DNA from: Glaucostegus cemiculus
Taxonomy: Eukaryota
Direction of reading: 5' to 3'
NCBI GenBank assembly: GCA_976551045.1
Contig: CDPCPM010000104.1
Location: 1,488,001-1,552,000, forward strand
Length of the DNA: 64,000 nt
Shown here: positions 1 through 12,740 of the stretch, one piece after another
How positions within the stretch are numbered: position 1 is the first letter of the stretch
Layout of the letters: the number at the start of each line of letters is the position of its first letter
Made by a program: the position numbers and the translations under genes
Notes under the pieces: model-generated
What the model saw: the letters and a program-made list of their open reading frames with translations, nothing else
Databases searched by the model: none
Told to the model about the DNA's origin: nothing

Positions 1-836
1 CCTGGAGTTAGGTATCTTTTGAGAGAAATGAAAATAAAAGCACTTGCACATACCAAGTCTGCTCAGGATGTGCATCCAGGAAACTGTGAAAATAAACAAC
101 ACTGGATTATTAGTTCCATTTTGTAAGAGATGACAGAAGCTGTGTGCCTCCAATTTTTCATCCATCATCACCTTGTCAGAATAATCTATAGAAGATAAGA
201 TTCTTAAATAACTAATGATTGATTTGTCTACTATCTTCATTTACACAATTAAAACCATTTTGGGGTAATTTGTTTCTTTTGCTTCCATCTTTCATCTGGA
301 CCTTTCCAAATTAAACGCCGGGAGATGCAGGATTCTGAACCACAATTAGGAGCAATCACAAGTTCTGTAAACGGGTTGGCTAGAAACAATGGGATTTGAT
401 GACTCTCCTTTTAACATGGCTAAGAGTTGTAACGTTAAAAAAAACAAAACTACATGCCTCTCAGGCAACCCAGGTGTCTGCTTATACTGGAGCATTCTGG
501 GTCAGATTGCACTTTGCCAGAAAAAGAAGGCCTTTGTTCTCTCTATGATGTTATCTACATGTACTTTTTATGGAGTTGTGTGCTATTTTGATACCAATCA
601 GCACTCCATGAAGAATTTTGAAAAAATGATTAAACGCAAGCCCATAAAACAAGCTCAGGCAATATTTTCTTTCAATGTGCTTCTGAATCTCATTAGATAA
701 TATTAAATTTATAACATTGCAAGGCTTCCAGTACATTGGACATTCACAAAAGAATGACTCTGAAAGCCAGAAAATAACCAGATGCTAAATTCCTAATGAA
801 GTATTTTGGCAGCTGGCCTAAAGAGCCAAATTATTA

Positions 837-1580
837 TAATGGGCCAGATTGTGCTAGAGCAGGGATTCTCGTGACGTGCCCTGTTAGGCTTGATTGTGCA
901 CATTTTAACCTTTTTGCCCACAAAATTGCTGAGAGTGCAAATAGATAACATTGAGGTGAAGTGGATGGGAATCCAGAACCTTAGTGTTCACAGGGGGGTA
1001 AGAGCTGTACATCTTCCTATTGAAATTAAAGCACAGCAATAAATAGAGGAAGGCCTGAGAAAGTGAATCCAGGTAGGTGAATTCAGTGTTTAACTAGGTA
1101 TAGAAAGAGAAATAAAGTGAGGGAATGAAAAGTCTGGACTAAGAAGGACTAAAAAGAAACACAAAGGAAACCCCAAGAAAATCCTTTAAAAATAGGCATT
1201 TTCAAAACCTTCAACAATAATTTGCAACTTGAGGGAATGAGAATCCCCACTTCAAATTATTCACATTCTGAGCAAAAGATGTTGATTGGCAGCCATTAAC
1301 AATTGCCAAAAAAGTTGCAACATAATTATATACTGGAATTTAATTTCTCTGGTGAGTTTAATAGGAGGTAATACGTAAACCTGGCAACTTTGTGGAAATT
1401 ATCCTGAAACCAAGGATGATTTATCATTTCCATGAATCTAACAGATGAGCGCCAATAATTGGCTCCCAACTCCTGGTGATTTGCAATTCATGGGGATAGC
1501 TATTCCAAAACACAATTTGTTGCCCGGTCTGTAATTTGTACATGTGTATTGTTCATATTTCTGCACATTCTGGTCCATTA
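837..1580. mobile_element. Non-autonomous DNA transposon (MITE-like) with terminal inverted repeats, probably PIF/Harbinger group
   Basis: TAATGGGCCAGATTGTGC (837-854) matches the reverse complement of GCACATTCTGGTCCATTA (1563-1580) at 16/18. GGGCC...GGTCC termini are flanked by AT on both sides; no coding capacity inside. Confidence 0.6.
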
Positions 1581-3359
1581 ACACTTTTACTCTTTGCATA
1601 AGAGGATGTCTAACTTGGTGTTAAATGAGCAAATGCAAAAATCCAAGTATTTAAAGAAGAATTCAGAGGAATTCCTGAATTCCTGTTGGTTATTTTAGAG
1701 GGGCTACTTCAGGCTCTGGTCACAGTGCCAGACATAGTATGACATTTTGGGGAAGGAAAACACATTGCTCTGGAAATACATTGGTATTTAAGATATTAAA
1801 GCTTAGTGAACTGGACTGATTCTATCATTATTTCCTTCCAGCCATGATATTGGAGAAATTAAGTGTTGCATGGGTAATTATCAAAGTCAGTGTCTTGGTG
1901 AAAGGGAGACAGAGCAAATCATTCACCCACAGTGGAACTTGCTAGACTTTTGTCTAATTAATTCGGGAAGTTGAAAATTCTACCTGCTAATCAGTTGGTT
2001 AATCTCAGCCTAAACTATTAGACTTTCTGTTTAAGTTAACTTTAATTTTCAAAGGTCAATTGTGATCTTTAGCTGTAGGACTTTGAAGCTGCAACAAGCT
2101 CAGTGATAAATGAGTTTAAGCATTAAGAGGGCATTCTCCTTCCTTAAGCTGTAGGATGTTGGTGTTTAATTCTAGTTTCAACTGAGAATTGCACATGAAG
2201 TACCTTTGCATTGCAAGTTCCCATCTCAGGATGAGTCATGGGATAACAGCGAAGGACCTGTCTGTTTATTATTGTACTACTCAAACATGGATCAAGTCAG
2301 GATTTGTTGTAATACTCATAATGTATGTGTCCTTCACTCACTCTGCTCCTTTATCTAGGTTAACAACAACAGTGTAGATAGATAGGGGAAAATATTATAG
2401 AAATAAATAGAATTTGTTTTAAAAAATTAAAAAGATAAACTTGAAGATTTTAATATTCAAACTTCCTGCGCTTATATACAATCTTTTCTTAACAAAGAAA
2501 AGTGTCAGACTTGGCATGAAGATGGAAATAATTCAATGTCTAGGAAAGCAGAATTGTTGGAGTTAAATTGTCCAGGAGCTTCTTCCAATTGTGCTTACTC
2601 AGTGATTCCTTCAAATCAAGTGTACTTTGTTGTGACTCATTTAGAAATCACAGCTTTGAGTTTTAAAGCTTTGTTCCTTACAAATGATCAACAGGAGCAA
2701 GTTTTAAATTAAACTGATCATGTCTCCAACACTGCAGTGGATGAAAGGAGTTTGTGTACCAGGGGAAATAGACATAGCATTTGGAATCTCCAGGAGTTTA
2801 GAACATATTATCATTGGCACCCTAAGGCTGATAAAGTTTCTGAAGATTTATTTTCCATTTTATTTGAGGAAATCAGCAGTTAAAAATAAAAGCACATTGT
2901 CCTTGTGAACAAGTCTAAATGCAAAATACCAAGTAGTACACTGCCTATTTTTCCACATACTACTTGATCTATGTCCCCATCAGTCCACTGATCTCCCCTT
3001 AACAGCAGTATAATGTTGAAATGTATTGTTCCTGTAATTTTACACTGCTCTCAGGTATAAAGACATGCATGTGATCATCCAGAAGCTTCAATATATCTAC
3101 AATCCAATATTTCTGTCAGATTTTCAACTTTCTTTCCAGCTTTCATTGCTGATCTGTCCCAATTTGGGACAATCTGCAACACTAGTTTTTATTCAGGCGG
3201 CAAGTTGAAAACTTACTCATTACACATCAACCCTTTGCCCTTCCTGTTCCAGCTAATCTCAGTAATCACTTTATCTGTTATTTAAGAGCCTTTTACTTTC
3301 TCCTTGATAATGCTATAACTTGCAGTTGCTGATATCATTCCAGCGCATATTATCTCATA

Positions 3360-3675
3360 TGCATAATGACACAGAAGGCAGCCATTTAGCCATGCATCTG
3401 TCACATTCCCTCTCACCTCATTTTTGTGCACCCCTGCAACTTATTATCTCCGACACATGCCAGGCAACTCCCTCTTGATTCTTTTTGCCCTTAACCTACA
3501 GAGGCAATTTACTGTAGCCAATAACTCTACTGGCACATCTTAGGGGTGTGGCATGAAACTGGAGTGCGCAGGGGAACCCATGTGGTTACAGAGAACATAC
3601 GAACTCTACCTGTCAGAGTTTAGGATCGAACGCTGATCTATGGAACTGTGAGGTGGCAGTGTCATGGTGCTACCT
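3360..3675 (-). mobile_element. Diverged HE1-type V-SINE (tRNA-derived)
   Basis: Reverse complement shows a tRNA-like head (…CCTCACAGTTCCATAGATCAGCGTTCGATCC), a V-core-like segment (GGGTTCCCCTGCGCACTCCAGTTTC) and a CR1-like tail. Confidence 0.75.
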
Positions 3676-5104
3676 TAGGAAGAAGTAGTGGGGCTTGATA
3701 GTGGGATGAAAGGGGCAGGAGATGTGTTTCAGGTGAAAGGGAGTTCATGGTTCAAATGACTGAAAATTATTTTAGCAAGAACACTATGGCAAACACAGGT
3801 ACAATAGATTGAATAGCCACTTCAATGCTGTATTATTCTTTAATTTTAAACTGGATGTTTTAAATAGTGCTTTTCTAAAGGGGCAAATCTTTAGAAAAGT
3901 AACCTGGCTGTTACATGCAAAATATACTGCCAAGGAACAGCACTTTACGATTTAGAAGTATTAATCACCTTCACATTAAGTTCATGCGGAGAAGAGGATA
4001 TAAGATATCGAGCTGTGGTAATGCTTCCCCCAGGGATAAAGGGTGGAAGTATCAATGGGCAAGGAAACTCTGAAATCAGTTGGCCACCTTCCTGAAGCTT
4101 GTTACAGGGTCTGCATTTGCAGAGGCCTGGAACAGCTCACCCAATGGACTCCCAGCTAGGTGGTGTGTGTGCAATGACAACAGCAAAATAACCCAAGAAG
4201 AAAAAGGCCAAAATAATAATTGTAGAACAAAGCAAGTACAAATCTGTTCAAATCTAACCTCAGCACCATGCTTAAACGAACACATTCCTTTACGTTTCAT
4301 TCAAGAAGATATACTTGTAAATATTTGCTAAACTAAATAGAGTTACAAATAAAAGGTAATTCATGGGATATGTGGAAGAACATTAATCTTGTGTCCATTG
4401 TCAACCATCTTGTTCATTGCCATTGTGTGCCTCCGACAATCTGCCTGACCCTTTGGCCTGACCTTGCTTGGCCCAGAGTGATGAAAGGCTGATGGGAGTG
4501 CTACTTCAGGCTCTGGATCACCCCAGTGCTCTCAGTTGTTCAGCTCTGCAACAGGCTGACCACAGCCCCTGGCAGTCGGAAACGTGCCCGATTTCCACGC
4601 ATCATTTATCAGTCTGACTACTGCAGGCCAAGGCCATTTTCATTCAAAGATTCTTTCATGCATCATTCAGTGGAGCCTTTTGCCATCTTCATGCCTCTGG
4701 GAACACAGGGGAAAATGTAGAAGCGAGGAGACAGATGCTAGAGGCAAGCACCATCAGAGCTCTCTTATCCCATTAGCCAGTTCGATTGAAGGATACCACT
4801 ATTTGGTGTGAGAGACTAGTTGACCTAATGTCTTCAATGCAATCTTCAGAGCACACATTGTGAAGTAAATGTATGGGAGTGAGTGGAGTAAGATGGCCCC
4901 CATAACAGGTGTGAGGATAGCAATGGGCTATTAGCCTCCCCATTGTTGTTTGTGTTGCACTCATGACAACTTTATGCTGCTCATTGCAAGGGTTTCTGTA
5001 GGCAGTGAACATTCACTACATTGTGAACTGCTGGTACATCTCAGTAGGGATAGATTGTTATAATTCGGTGCACCAATTAAAGTTAGTCAGCTTTTCTTAA
5101 GCAG

Positions 5105-5570
5105 GAGACACAAGAGATTGGAATCTGGAGCAAAAACAAACTGCTGGAAAAAACTCAAAGGGTCAGACAGCATCCGTGGAGGCAAAGAGATGGTTGATAT
5201 TTTTGGCTGAGACCCTGCATCAGGATTGGGAGTGCAGAGGGAAGATAGCCAGTATGAAGAGGTGAGAGGGAGGGATGAGATGGAGGTTGGAAGGTGATAG
5301 GTGGAACCAGATATGGAAGGGATAATGGGTAGATGGAACCAGGTGGGGGAGAGTGAGGACAAGGTGATTGGTCCGGGGGGGGGGGGGGGGGGGTTGGGGG
5401 AGGGTTGATGGGAAAGGTTTACAATGTGAAAGAGAAGCTGGGTGGACTGATGGAAGTGGGAAAGGAACATGGTAGTGTGTGTTACCTGAAACAGGAAAAT
5501 TCAATGTTCATACCATTGGGTTGTAGGCTACCCTAGCAAAATATAAAGTGTTGTTCTTCTAGTATGCTTC
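5105..5570 (-). mobile_element. Penelope-like element 3'/pseudo-LTR fragment with decayed minimal hammerhead motif
   Basis: + strand GGAATCTGGAGCAAAAACAAACTGCTGGA…GGTCAGACAGCATC…GAGACCCTGCATCAGG recurs at 21.9, 30.4, 31.8 and 54.0 kb. The minus strand gives CTGATGC-AGGGTCTCAGCC-AAAAAT; a purine-rich tract follows. Confidence 0.7.
5375..5400 (+). repeat. Poly-G tract (G19-TT-G5)
   Basis: Direct reading; lies inside the Penelope-like fragment. Confidence 0.9.
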
Positions 5571-6604
5571 TTAAACAGGAGGTATTTTGTGGTTATTTGT
5601 TTGGTGTGTGGAGGAAGAATCCACCCTAAAGAACAACGCAACATGGGAGAGAGTTGGATCCATGACATTCAAGATTCTGTTGAAGAACCTGGTGTGAAAT
5701 AAAGCAATGATCAGACGTAGCCATGATGCCCTTTCAGACACTTTTGTGCAGAAAGTCATGAGAGCCAACAAGCATAGACTCAAGACTCAGGGACCTGCAG
5801 AGAGTGTCAGAATGGGTAAGAGTTGGGTGCAGGTACCAACATGGAGGAGGACGAGTGCTCTGTCCTCCAACGGATTATGATGATTGCCAAAGCATCACAT
5901 TGGGGAGAATGTCCATGGAGTCTGAACCTTCTTGGTGCTAATACTTTCACCATTACACTGTCCATTGTGAATTATGTACGTACACCGCTGAGAGCACATT
6001 CTTTCACAGTGGCATCAGTAGTGCCCAACCACAGGCACATTTGATCCATATTTTCCATTGCTGAATTGGCATGAACATTTGCAAATACTACTCACATATT
6101 GCTCATTGTAATCCGAGATACCACACGTGGAAGGGATAGATTAGAGAGATAGATTACGTGTATTTAAAAATGACGTGTCAAATACGGATTGACTTTGCCT
6201 CCCTTTACTGTGCTACCAGCTGATCCTGAAACTTATTTTCTTTTTTTCCTTCTCCCAAATGGATCATTAAAAACAAATTGTCCAAAGTAGTAGAGTTTAG
6301 TAACTCTTTGAATGCTGAATTATTCCATAATGGAGTTTCTAGCAGATGGAGATACTTAATATTTATTTGGAAAGCTTAGGTATAAACTTTAGAAGTAGAA
6401 TGACCAGACTGGTACTGGGAATGAGCAGTGTAGTTCAGCAGACAAAATGGGGAAGCCCTCTCATAATGTTGATCTGTTCAATAAAACTTCTCTTTCTAAG
6501 CCAGTGTCTGCTTTTCCATTCTTTCTCCTGAACTAAAGCCTCTAATTCCTGTTATTATTCTTGGAATGGTACTTCTAAAATGCATACTTAATATTTATCT
6601 TGGA

Positions 6605-6905
6605 AAATTGTGAAGGGCATTGACAGGGTAAACAAGGGGACATTGTTTTTCCTGGTAGGAGGATTGATAAGCAGAGTGCAGAGATTAATGGCAATAAAGC
6701 TGAGAAGATTTTTTTTAATGCAACATTATTGTGATAATGTGCTGCCTGAAGGGATGATAGAAGCAGATTCAATAAGAACTTTTAAAAGGGAATTTGAAAA
6801 ATGCCAGGCAATCGGGAAAGAAAGGAGCTGGATAACTCTTTCAGATAGCTACCATAGTGATGAGCGGCCAAATATCCTGCTTCTCTGCTATTTGGTTCTC
6901 TGAGT
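6605..6905 (+). mobile_element. Old CR1/HER1 LINE 3' fragment
   Basis: Translation KGIDRVNKGTLF…LPEGMIEADSIRTFKRE resembles the CR1 ORF2 C-terminus seen intact at 35.1-35.4 kb. Confidence 0.8.
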
Positions 6906-7989
6906 TATTGCACCATATTGCAATCAAAGCATGGAAAGAATGAGTACAAGAACAAAATGTTATGCTTTCAATTATTTTGTCATGCTTAATAAACCTAATG
7001 TGTTATAAAATATATCATATGATAAAGAAGCCAAACAGGACTGAAAGGTTGAAAAGAATGTTGAAATTATTTTGGGGGTTCCAATTTTGTGACAGTTAGT
7101 TTGCATTTTCAAAGCCAGGTGATTTCAAGAAGGAACAAAAAGGTACCAATTTTTTTTAAATGAAAAGATCAATTGGAACGGGTCACTTTGTTGAATCCAT
7201 ACTCTGGGGAGATGAAGACTGTGTCATTTTATTTGGAATATTGAAGAAACAAACGAGGACACAGATGATTATAGTATTAATAAAATGGGGGTGGAAGAGA
7301 GAGGAAATACTGAAATAGAGAAAATCTGGGGGTAAGAAATGGATCTCTCAAATGGCAACCTTTCTCTTAAATTCCATTGAATAAACTGTACCATGTTGGA
7401 ATAATCTTCTCACAAATAGAAATAGGATTCAAATCTTGGTCAAAACCCATCTCTTGCATAGCTTTAATATTTACTGAGAAGAGAAGAACTCCATGCACAG
7501 TATATTTAACCTCCTTTAGAGCAGCTTGGTATTTTAGGAGGCACGAGAATCCTACTTGAGGCCATAGAACATAAAAAAATGTTGAAAATGTCTTTTGATG
7601 GAGAAATACTTAGGGTAGCATCATCAAATGTAATATTTCTTAGTTTTATTTAGAGATGTATACAAGGGAGAGGCATGGCTCAGTGGAGCGTCAGGCCCTC
7701 CAGTGATATTTGTAATGTATGCTAAAGACTCGTGTCTGCATAAATGTGTGCTTCATCTTTCCCTCCAAAAGTAGTCAGATTAAATTCCTCTGCATGAGGA
7801 ATTACTAGAGAGAAGAAGAAATCAGGTCTTCAAATAAATGAAAACAGGAAGCTGACTACCATTTGAAGGGCATAAGAAGAACTGTAGAAACACTGGAGAC
7901 CTTGTTCACTGAGGGCATGAAATCTAAGCAGAACTGGTCAACATACAGTAGACTTATCAGTGATAGAGAACGGAGAGGTTGGATGAACA

Positions 7990-9000
7990 GTGGAAGAAGA
8001 GACCTATGAAAGTGATTGGAGTGGGACAGAAACACTCAGCTACAGTGGATGAAGAGGGCACTCAGAAGTGGTGGTTGAGGAGACCCTGGCGATGTCATTC
8101 CCACAGGCAGACAATAGGAAGACCCTCTGGGGTCACTGTATTCAGACTTATCTCCTTTCTTGATGATGGAAAGATGGACCCAATTGTGGGGGTCACAAGG
8201 TCCCTTGGTCCTTCTCCTTTTCCAAGATGTGGGAGATAACACTGTGACTATGTGGTTAAAGTTCCTTTTCACCAATTCTGGAGCTTCAATCGGAAGACTG
8301 CACCTTGTTGTTTTACAGGTGATTTTTGTCAATCTGGGGTGGCAGAGAAACTGGATTGGATAATGAGCTGTGGGAATGTAGACAAGGACACTTGCATCAG
8401 AAACAGAGTCTTCCTTGAGGAGTTCTGGAACATGCTCATTTCTGTGGGCACTGATAGTCTCTCTTTGCTTGTTGTACTGTAAACCTTTATATTTTTGGGC
8501 TGTGGATCACCCTGGTAGCACTGAAGGATCCATGTTATCTGATTTCCTCTGAACCTTCTGCCCTCTCTTTCCCTTCATTAGGTCACTGCATTATTGTTGA
8601 ATGTTGGCCTTCAGGTGAGGTAGAGCCTTTTTTACCATTGAGGCATTGAGATTCTGATCAACAGCAACAAGGTTCCGGATCTTCTGTTCATTCTCATCAA
8701 AATAGTCCTGTGAAAAGTTTATTCACAAGTGCTAATTATGATGGACTTCAGGGCAGTCCAGGCACTGTGGATACCTGTTTGGTCCTATTGGTTAGAAGTC
8801 ATCAAGTTGTCTCTGAGGAGGAAGAGCAATCCTTGAGAGCTTCAACATTGGTTATCTTGTGGTGGCGTTCTTGTTGTCACTATTGTTTTGATTCCAGGCC
8901 AACAGACTATGGATGCCAACACAATATGCATCTTCCATTGGTTTTGTTCTCACTTAGAAAGCAAAGGAAATGGCTCTTCTACTGGTGTCAGATATCATTC
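7990..9000 (-). mobile_element. Highly degenerate LINE remnant, possibly RTE clade
   Basis: Fragmentary minus-strand translations (KTNGR…, KIKVY…, DSVSDASVL) loosely follow the order of RTE ORF2 C-terminal motifs; many stops and frameshifts. Confidence 0.35.
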
Positions 9001-10468
9001 TGGGTTTGATAGGAACAAAAAAAAAATGCATTCTGCATAATTTAGCATGAACTTAACTAATTTTCCAAGTAGGACTTCTTTAGGATAATTAGATATTACA
9101 ATTATATGAAAGGAACAAAATGGTAACATTGGCAAAGTTTAAGATCAATGATTCATTTCAAAATTGACAAATCAAGACTCGGTCAATGGTTGGTGAATGT
9201 TAGTATAATAGTAAAAGAGCTTTTGTTCTGAGGTCGGGGCTAATTGAAAATGTCTGTCAATTTCACTTTCATTGAAATAATATGTCCATTGATAAGGATC
9301 AAATACTAAATTTCATTGAAAATTGCTCCATCAACATTACAATTATGGAACATGCCCATCTGAGGATTTATATGTACAGAAATACGCAGTGAAATTGTTC
9401 ATTTACTGCAAGACCTTGATTCAAAATAGTGGAAGGAGGAGACTTATTTTGTAAAAGGGGAACTTTACACTATATCTGGTCATTGTCCTTCCTGATTTGG
9501 GGGTCATCTGTAGCTTTACAATGAGTCCAGCTTGAAAAAGTTCCATCCTTGCAATGCTTCACTTTAATAAGCACATGAAGTACACCAAATGTAGATAAGC
9601 AATGAATAATTCACAGTGGATAGTTTTAGATAACAGTAAGCATGAATGCTGTAAATAAATAGCCAAATTTCATCTTGGCACTGAATTCCATCACTCATCT
9701 CACACTTTTCTTGTCTCAGGGGTGATCCCAGATAGGATGGTGTAGTGGTGTTTTTATCTTCCACCACAGCAGGTGGGAAAGAGCTTCAGTACAGGGAGCT
9801 AGTGATTCACCCGACTGTGGACAATTTTTAACCTCAACTACATAAGACACAGGTGGACACTATAAAAGACCTGGCCTAATCAAGCACGCAGTCAAAATAA
9901 ATTGTACAATTACTGAAAAACAGATTACAGAGTAATTTCAAGATTGCTCTCATACAAGATGGTCAGATAACATTTCCAAAGCACTGCAGCTTCTGTATTG
10001 AGATTGATGATGTCATGCTCACCTCAACCAGTTTACAAGCTTGCAGTAGTGCCTGTTGGTTATTCTATGCATAAACCACCAGAACCTCTGCATTTTATAT
10101 TTCAGCCTGGATTCACTCTGAGACACAGACTACTTTATGTATGAACACACGAGGTAGGATTAGAAGTGGGCCACTTGATTTCTCAAGCCTGTTTCAGCAT
10201 TTAAAAACATCACCTTAACTCCACATTCCCACCTTCCTGCAGTAACCTTTTAACCATTTATTTATCAAGTATCTGTCTACCTCTGGATCAAAAGTATTCA
10301 ATGCTCTGCTTCCACCATCCTTTGAGAAGAGTTCCAAAAATTCATGATCTCTGAGAGAAAACATTTTGCCTTATCTTTGTCTTTCTTGAATGAACTCTTA
10401 TTTTTAAACAATGGCTTTTCATTCTAGATTTTCCCACAAGAAGAAACATTTTCTCCACGTCCACCCTG

Positions 10469-10972
10469 GCACTTGTTTTGTTATTGTCACATGTACCGAG
10501 ATACAGTGAAAAGCTTTGTTTGTTATGTACAAAACGAAAAAACAATAACAGAATGAAGAACATGGTGTTATAGTTAGAGACAGTGCAGTGCAGGTAGTTC
10601 AATAAGTTGCAAGGGACATGATGAGGTAGATTGAGAGGTCAGAAGTTCTTTATTGTGCAAGAGGTCCATTCAAGAATCTTATAACAGCAGGATAGACGCT
10701 GTCCTTGAGTCTGGTGGTATGTGTTCTCAAGCTCTTGTGTCTCCTGCCTGATGGAATGGGAGAAAAAAGAGAATGACCAGGGTGGGTGGAGTCTTTGCTC
10801 ATGTTGGCTGCCTTCCCAAGGAAGCAGGAAGTGTAGACAGAGTCAGTGGAGGGGAGGCTGGTTTTCATGATAGACTGCGCTGTCTTCATAACTTTCTGCA
10901 ATTTTTTGCAGTCTTGGGCAGAACAGTTGCTGTACCAAGCTGTGATGCATCTGGATAGGATGCTTTTTATGG
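10469..10972 (-). mobile_element. Rex1/Babar-type LINE 3' fragment inserted in the CR1
   Basis: ORF 10650-10901(-) KDSTHPGHSLFSPIPSGRRHKSLRTHTTRLKDSVYPAVIRFLN is the typical Rex1/Babar ORF2 C-terminus; 3' end TTTCACTGTATCTCGGTACATGTGACAATAA. Confidence 0.85.
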
Positions 10973-11751
10973 ACCAAAATCCCTCAGGGTCTTATTATTG
11001 CAATCAGGTCACCTCTCACTCTTCTAAATGACAACGAATACAAATAACATCCCATGACAGCCTGCTGGTTCCAGGTAAACCTCCTCTGAACTGATTCCAA
11101 TGCATTTGCATCCATCCTTAAATAAAGAGACCTATACTCTACACAGAGCTCCAGATGTGTTCTCAGATGAAGTATAACCTCCCTACTTTTGAATTCAGTT
11201 CCCCTAGAAATAAACAATAATATTCTATTACTTATCCCAATCACTTACTGTACCTAAATATTAATTTTTGCAAATCATGCACGAGGAAATCCAAATCTCT
11301 TTGCTCCTCATAGCTCTGCAATTTCTCACCATTCAAATAATTCTACTTTTTTAAAAGAAAATTCCCTTTAAAATGGACCATTTCACATTTACCCACCTGA
11401 TTCTGACAAATATTTGCCAGATCTTTGTCCACACACTTTACTTATCCATATCCCTTTGTTACCTCCTTATCTAGCCTTCATGGCTTACATTCCCACCTAC
11501 CTTTGTGTCCTCAGCTAATTTAGTAACAAAACTTTTGTTGGCTTTAACCAAGTCATTTATATATAAATTGTAAAATGTGCTGTACTGTTCTACATTCTAT
11601 GAGTAAAGCTGAGGCCTCGGCACCAATCCCTGTGGTCCATCTCTCATTACACTTTGCCAACAAGAAAAAGACCTATTTATATCTACTCTTGTATTTCTGC
11701 TGACCTGCCAATCTTTTGTCTACACCAATATGTTGCCTCTCACACCATGAT

Positions 11752-12000
11752 TAAATTTTTTAAATTTAAATTTTATTTGCAGCGTAGTAACAGGCCCTTT
11801 CGGTCCTCCGAGTCCACGCCGTCCATTTTAAACCCCCAAAGTAACCTACCCGTACGTCTTTAGAATGTGGGAGGAAACTGGAGCACCCGGAGGAAACCCA
11901 TGCAGACACGGGAGAACGTACAAACTTCTTACAGTCAGCGACGGGAATCGAACCCGATCACTGGCGCTGTAACAGCATTGCGCTAACCGCTACGCTATCA
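11752..12000 (-). mobile_element. Young V-SINE (HE1-related), CR1-like-tail subfamily
   Basis: A-box TAGCGTAGCGGTT, B-box GGTTCGATTCC, V-core GGGTTTCCTCCGGGTGCTCCAGTTTCCTCCCAC, tail GAAAGGGCCTGTTAC…AATAAA; CATGA on both flanks as candidate TSD; close to the copy at 61180. Confidence 0.92.
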
Positions 12001-12432
12001 TGAGATTTTCTGTAATAAGATTTGATGTGGCACCTCATCAAATGCCTTCTGGAAATCTAAGTATAATACTTCCATCTGTTCCCCTTATCCACAGCACACG
12101 GAACTTCCTCAAAGAGCCCTTATTGTCGATATTGTTTCCCTTTCACAAAGCCCTCTCTAGGTGACCCTGAATTTTCTTATTGTCTTGCAATACTATCTCT
12201 CATAATAACTTCTAACATTTTCCCAATGACAGATGTTAAGTCAACAGACATGTAATCTTCCACTTTCTGTCTCTTTTTATGAATAAAGAGTTATATTTGC
12301 TATTTTTCAGTTAAATGGAACTTTTCCGAATCAAGGGAATTTTGGAAAATTAAAGAAAATGCATCAACTATCTCACTAAATACTTCTTTTAAGACCCGAG
12401 GATGAAGTCTATCAAGACCCTGGCTCTTGTTA

Positions 12433-12740
12433 GGGCAGGCACGGTAGTGTAGCGGTTAGCGTAACGCGATTACAGCACCAGCGACCTGGGTTCAATTCTG
12501 GCCGCTGTCTGTAAGGAGTTTGTACATTCTCTCCATGTCTGCGTGGGTTTCCTCTGGGTGCTCTGGTTTCCTCCCACGTTCCAAAGGCGTACGGGTTAGG
12601 AAGTTGTGGGCATGCTAAGTTGGCACCGGAAGCGTGGCGACACTTGCAGACTGCCCCCCAGAACACTCTACGCAAAAAGATGCATGTCACTGTGTGTTTT
12701 GATGTACATGTCACTAATAAAGACAGCTTATCTTATCTTA
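12433..12740 (+). mobile_element. Young V-SINE, Rex/Babar-like-tail subfamily
   Basis: Head GGCACGGTAGTGTAGCGGTTAGC, B-box GGGTTCAATTC, V-core, tail TCACTGTGTGTTTTGATGTACATGTCACTAATAAA plus short (TTATC)n. Confidence 0.92.

Noticed and set aside
5087-5504. Proline-rich minus-strand ORFs
   Set aside because: Produced by the poly-G and purine-rich tract of a Penelope-like fragment.
5600-6050. Possible second Harbinger transposase remnant on the minus strand (GTTDAT, CDA, LMT fragments)
   Set aside because: Motifs are too short and their spacing is off; cannot be supported without a profile search.
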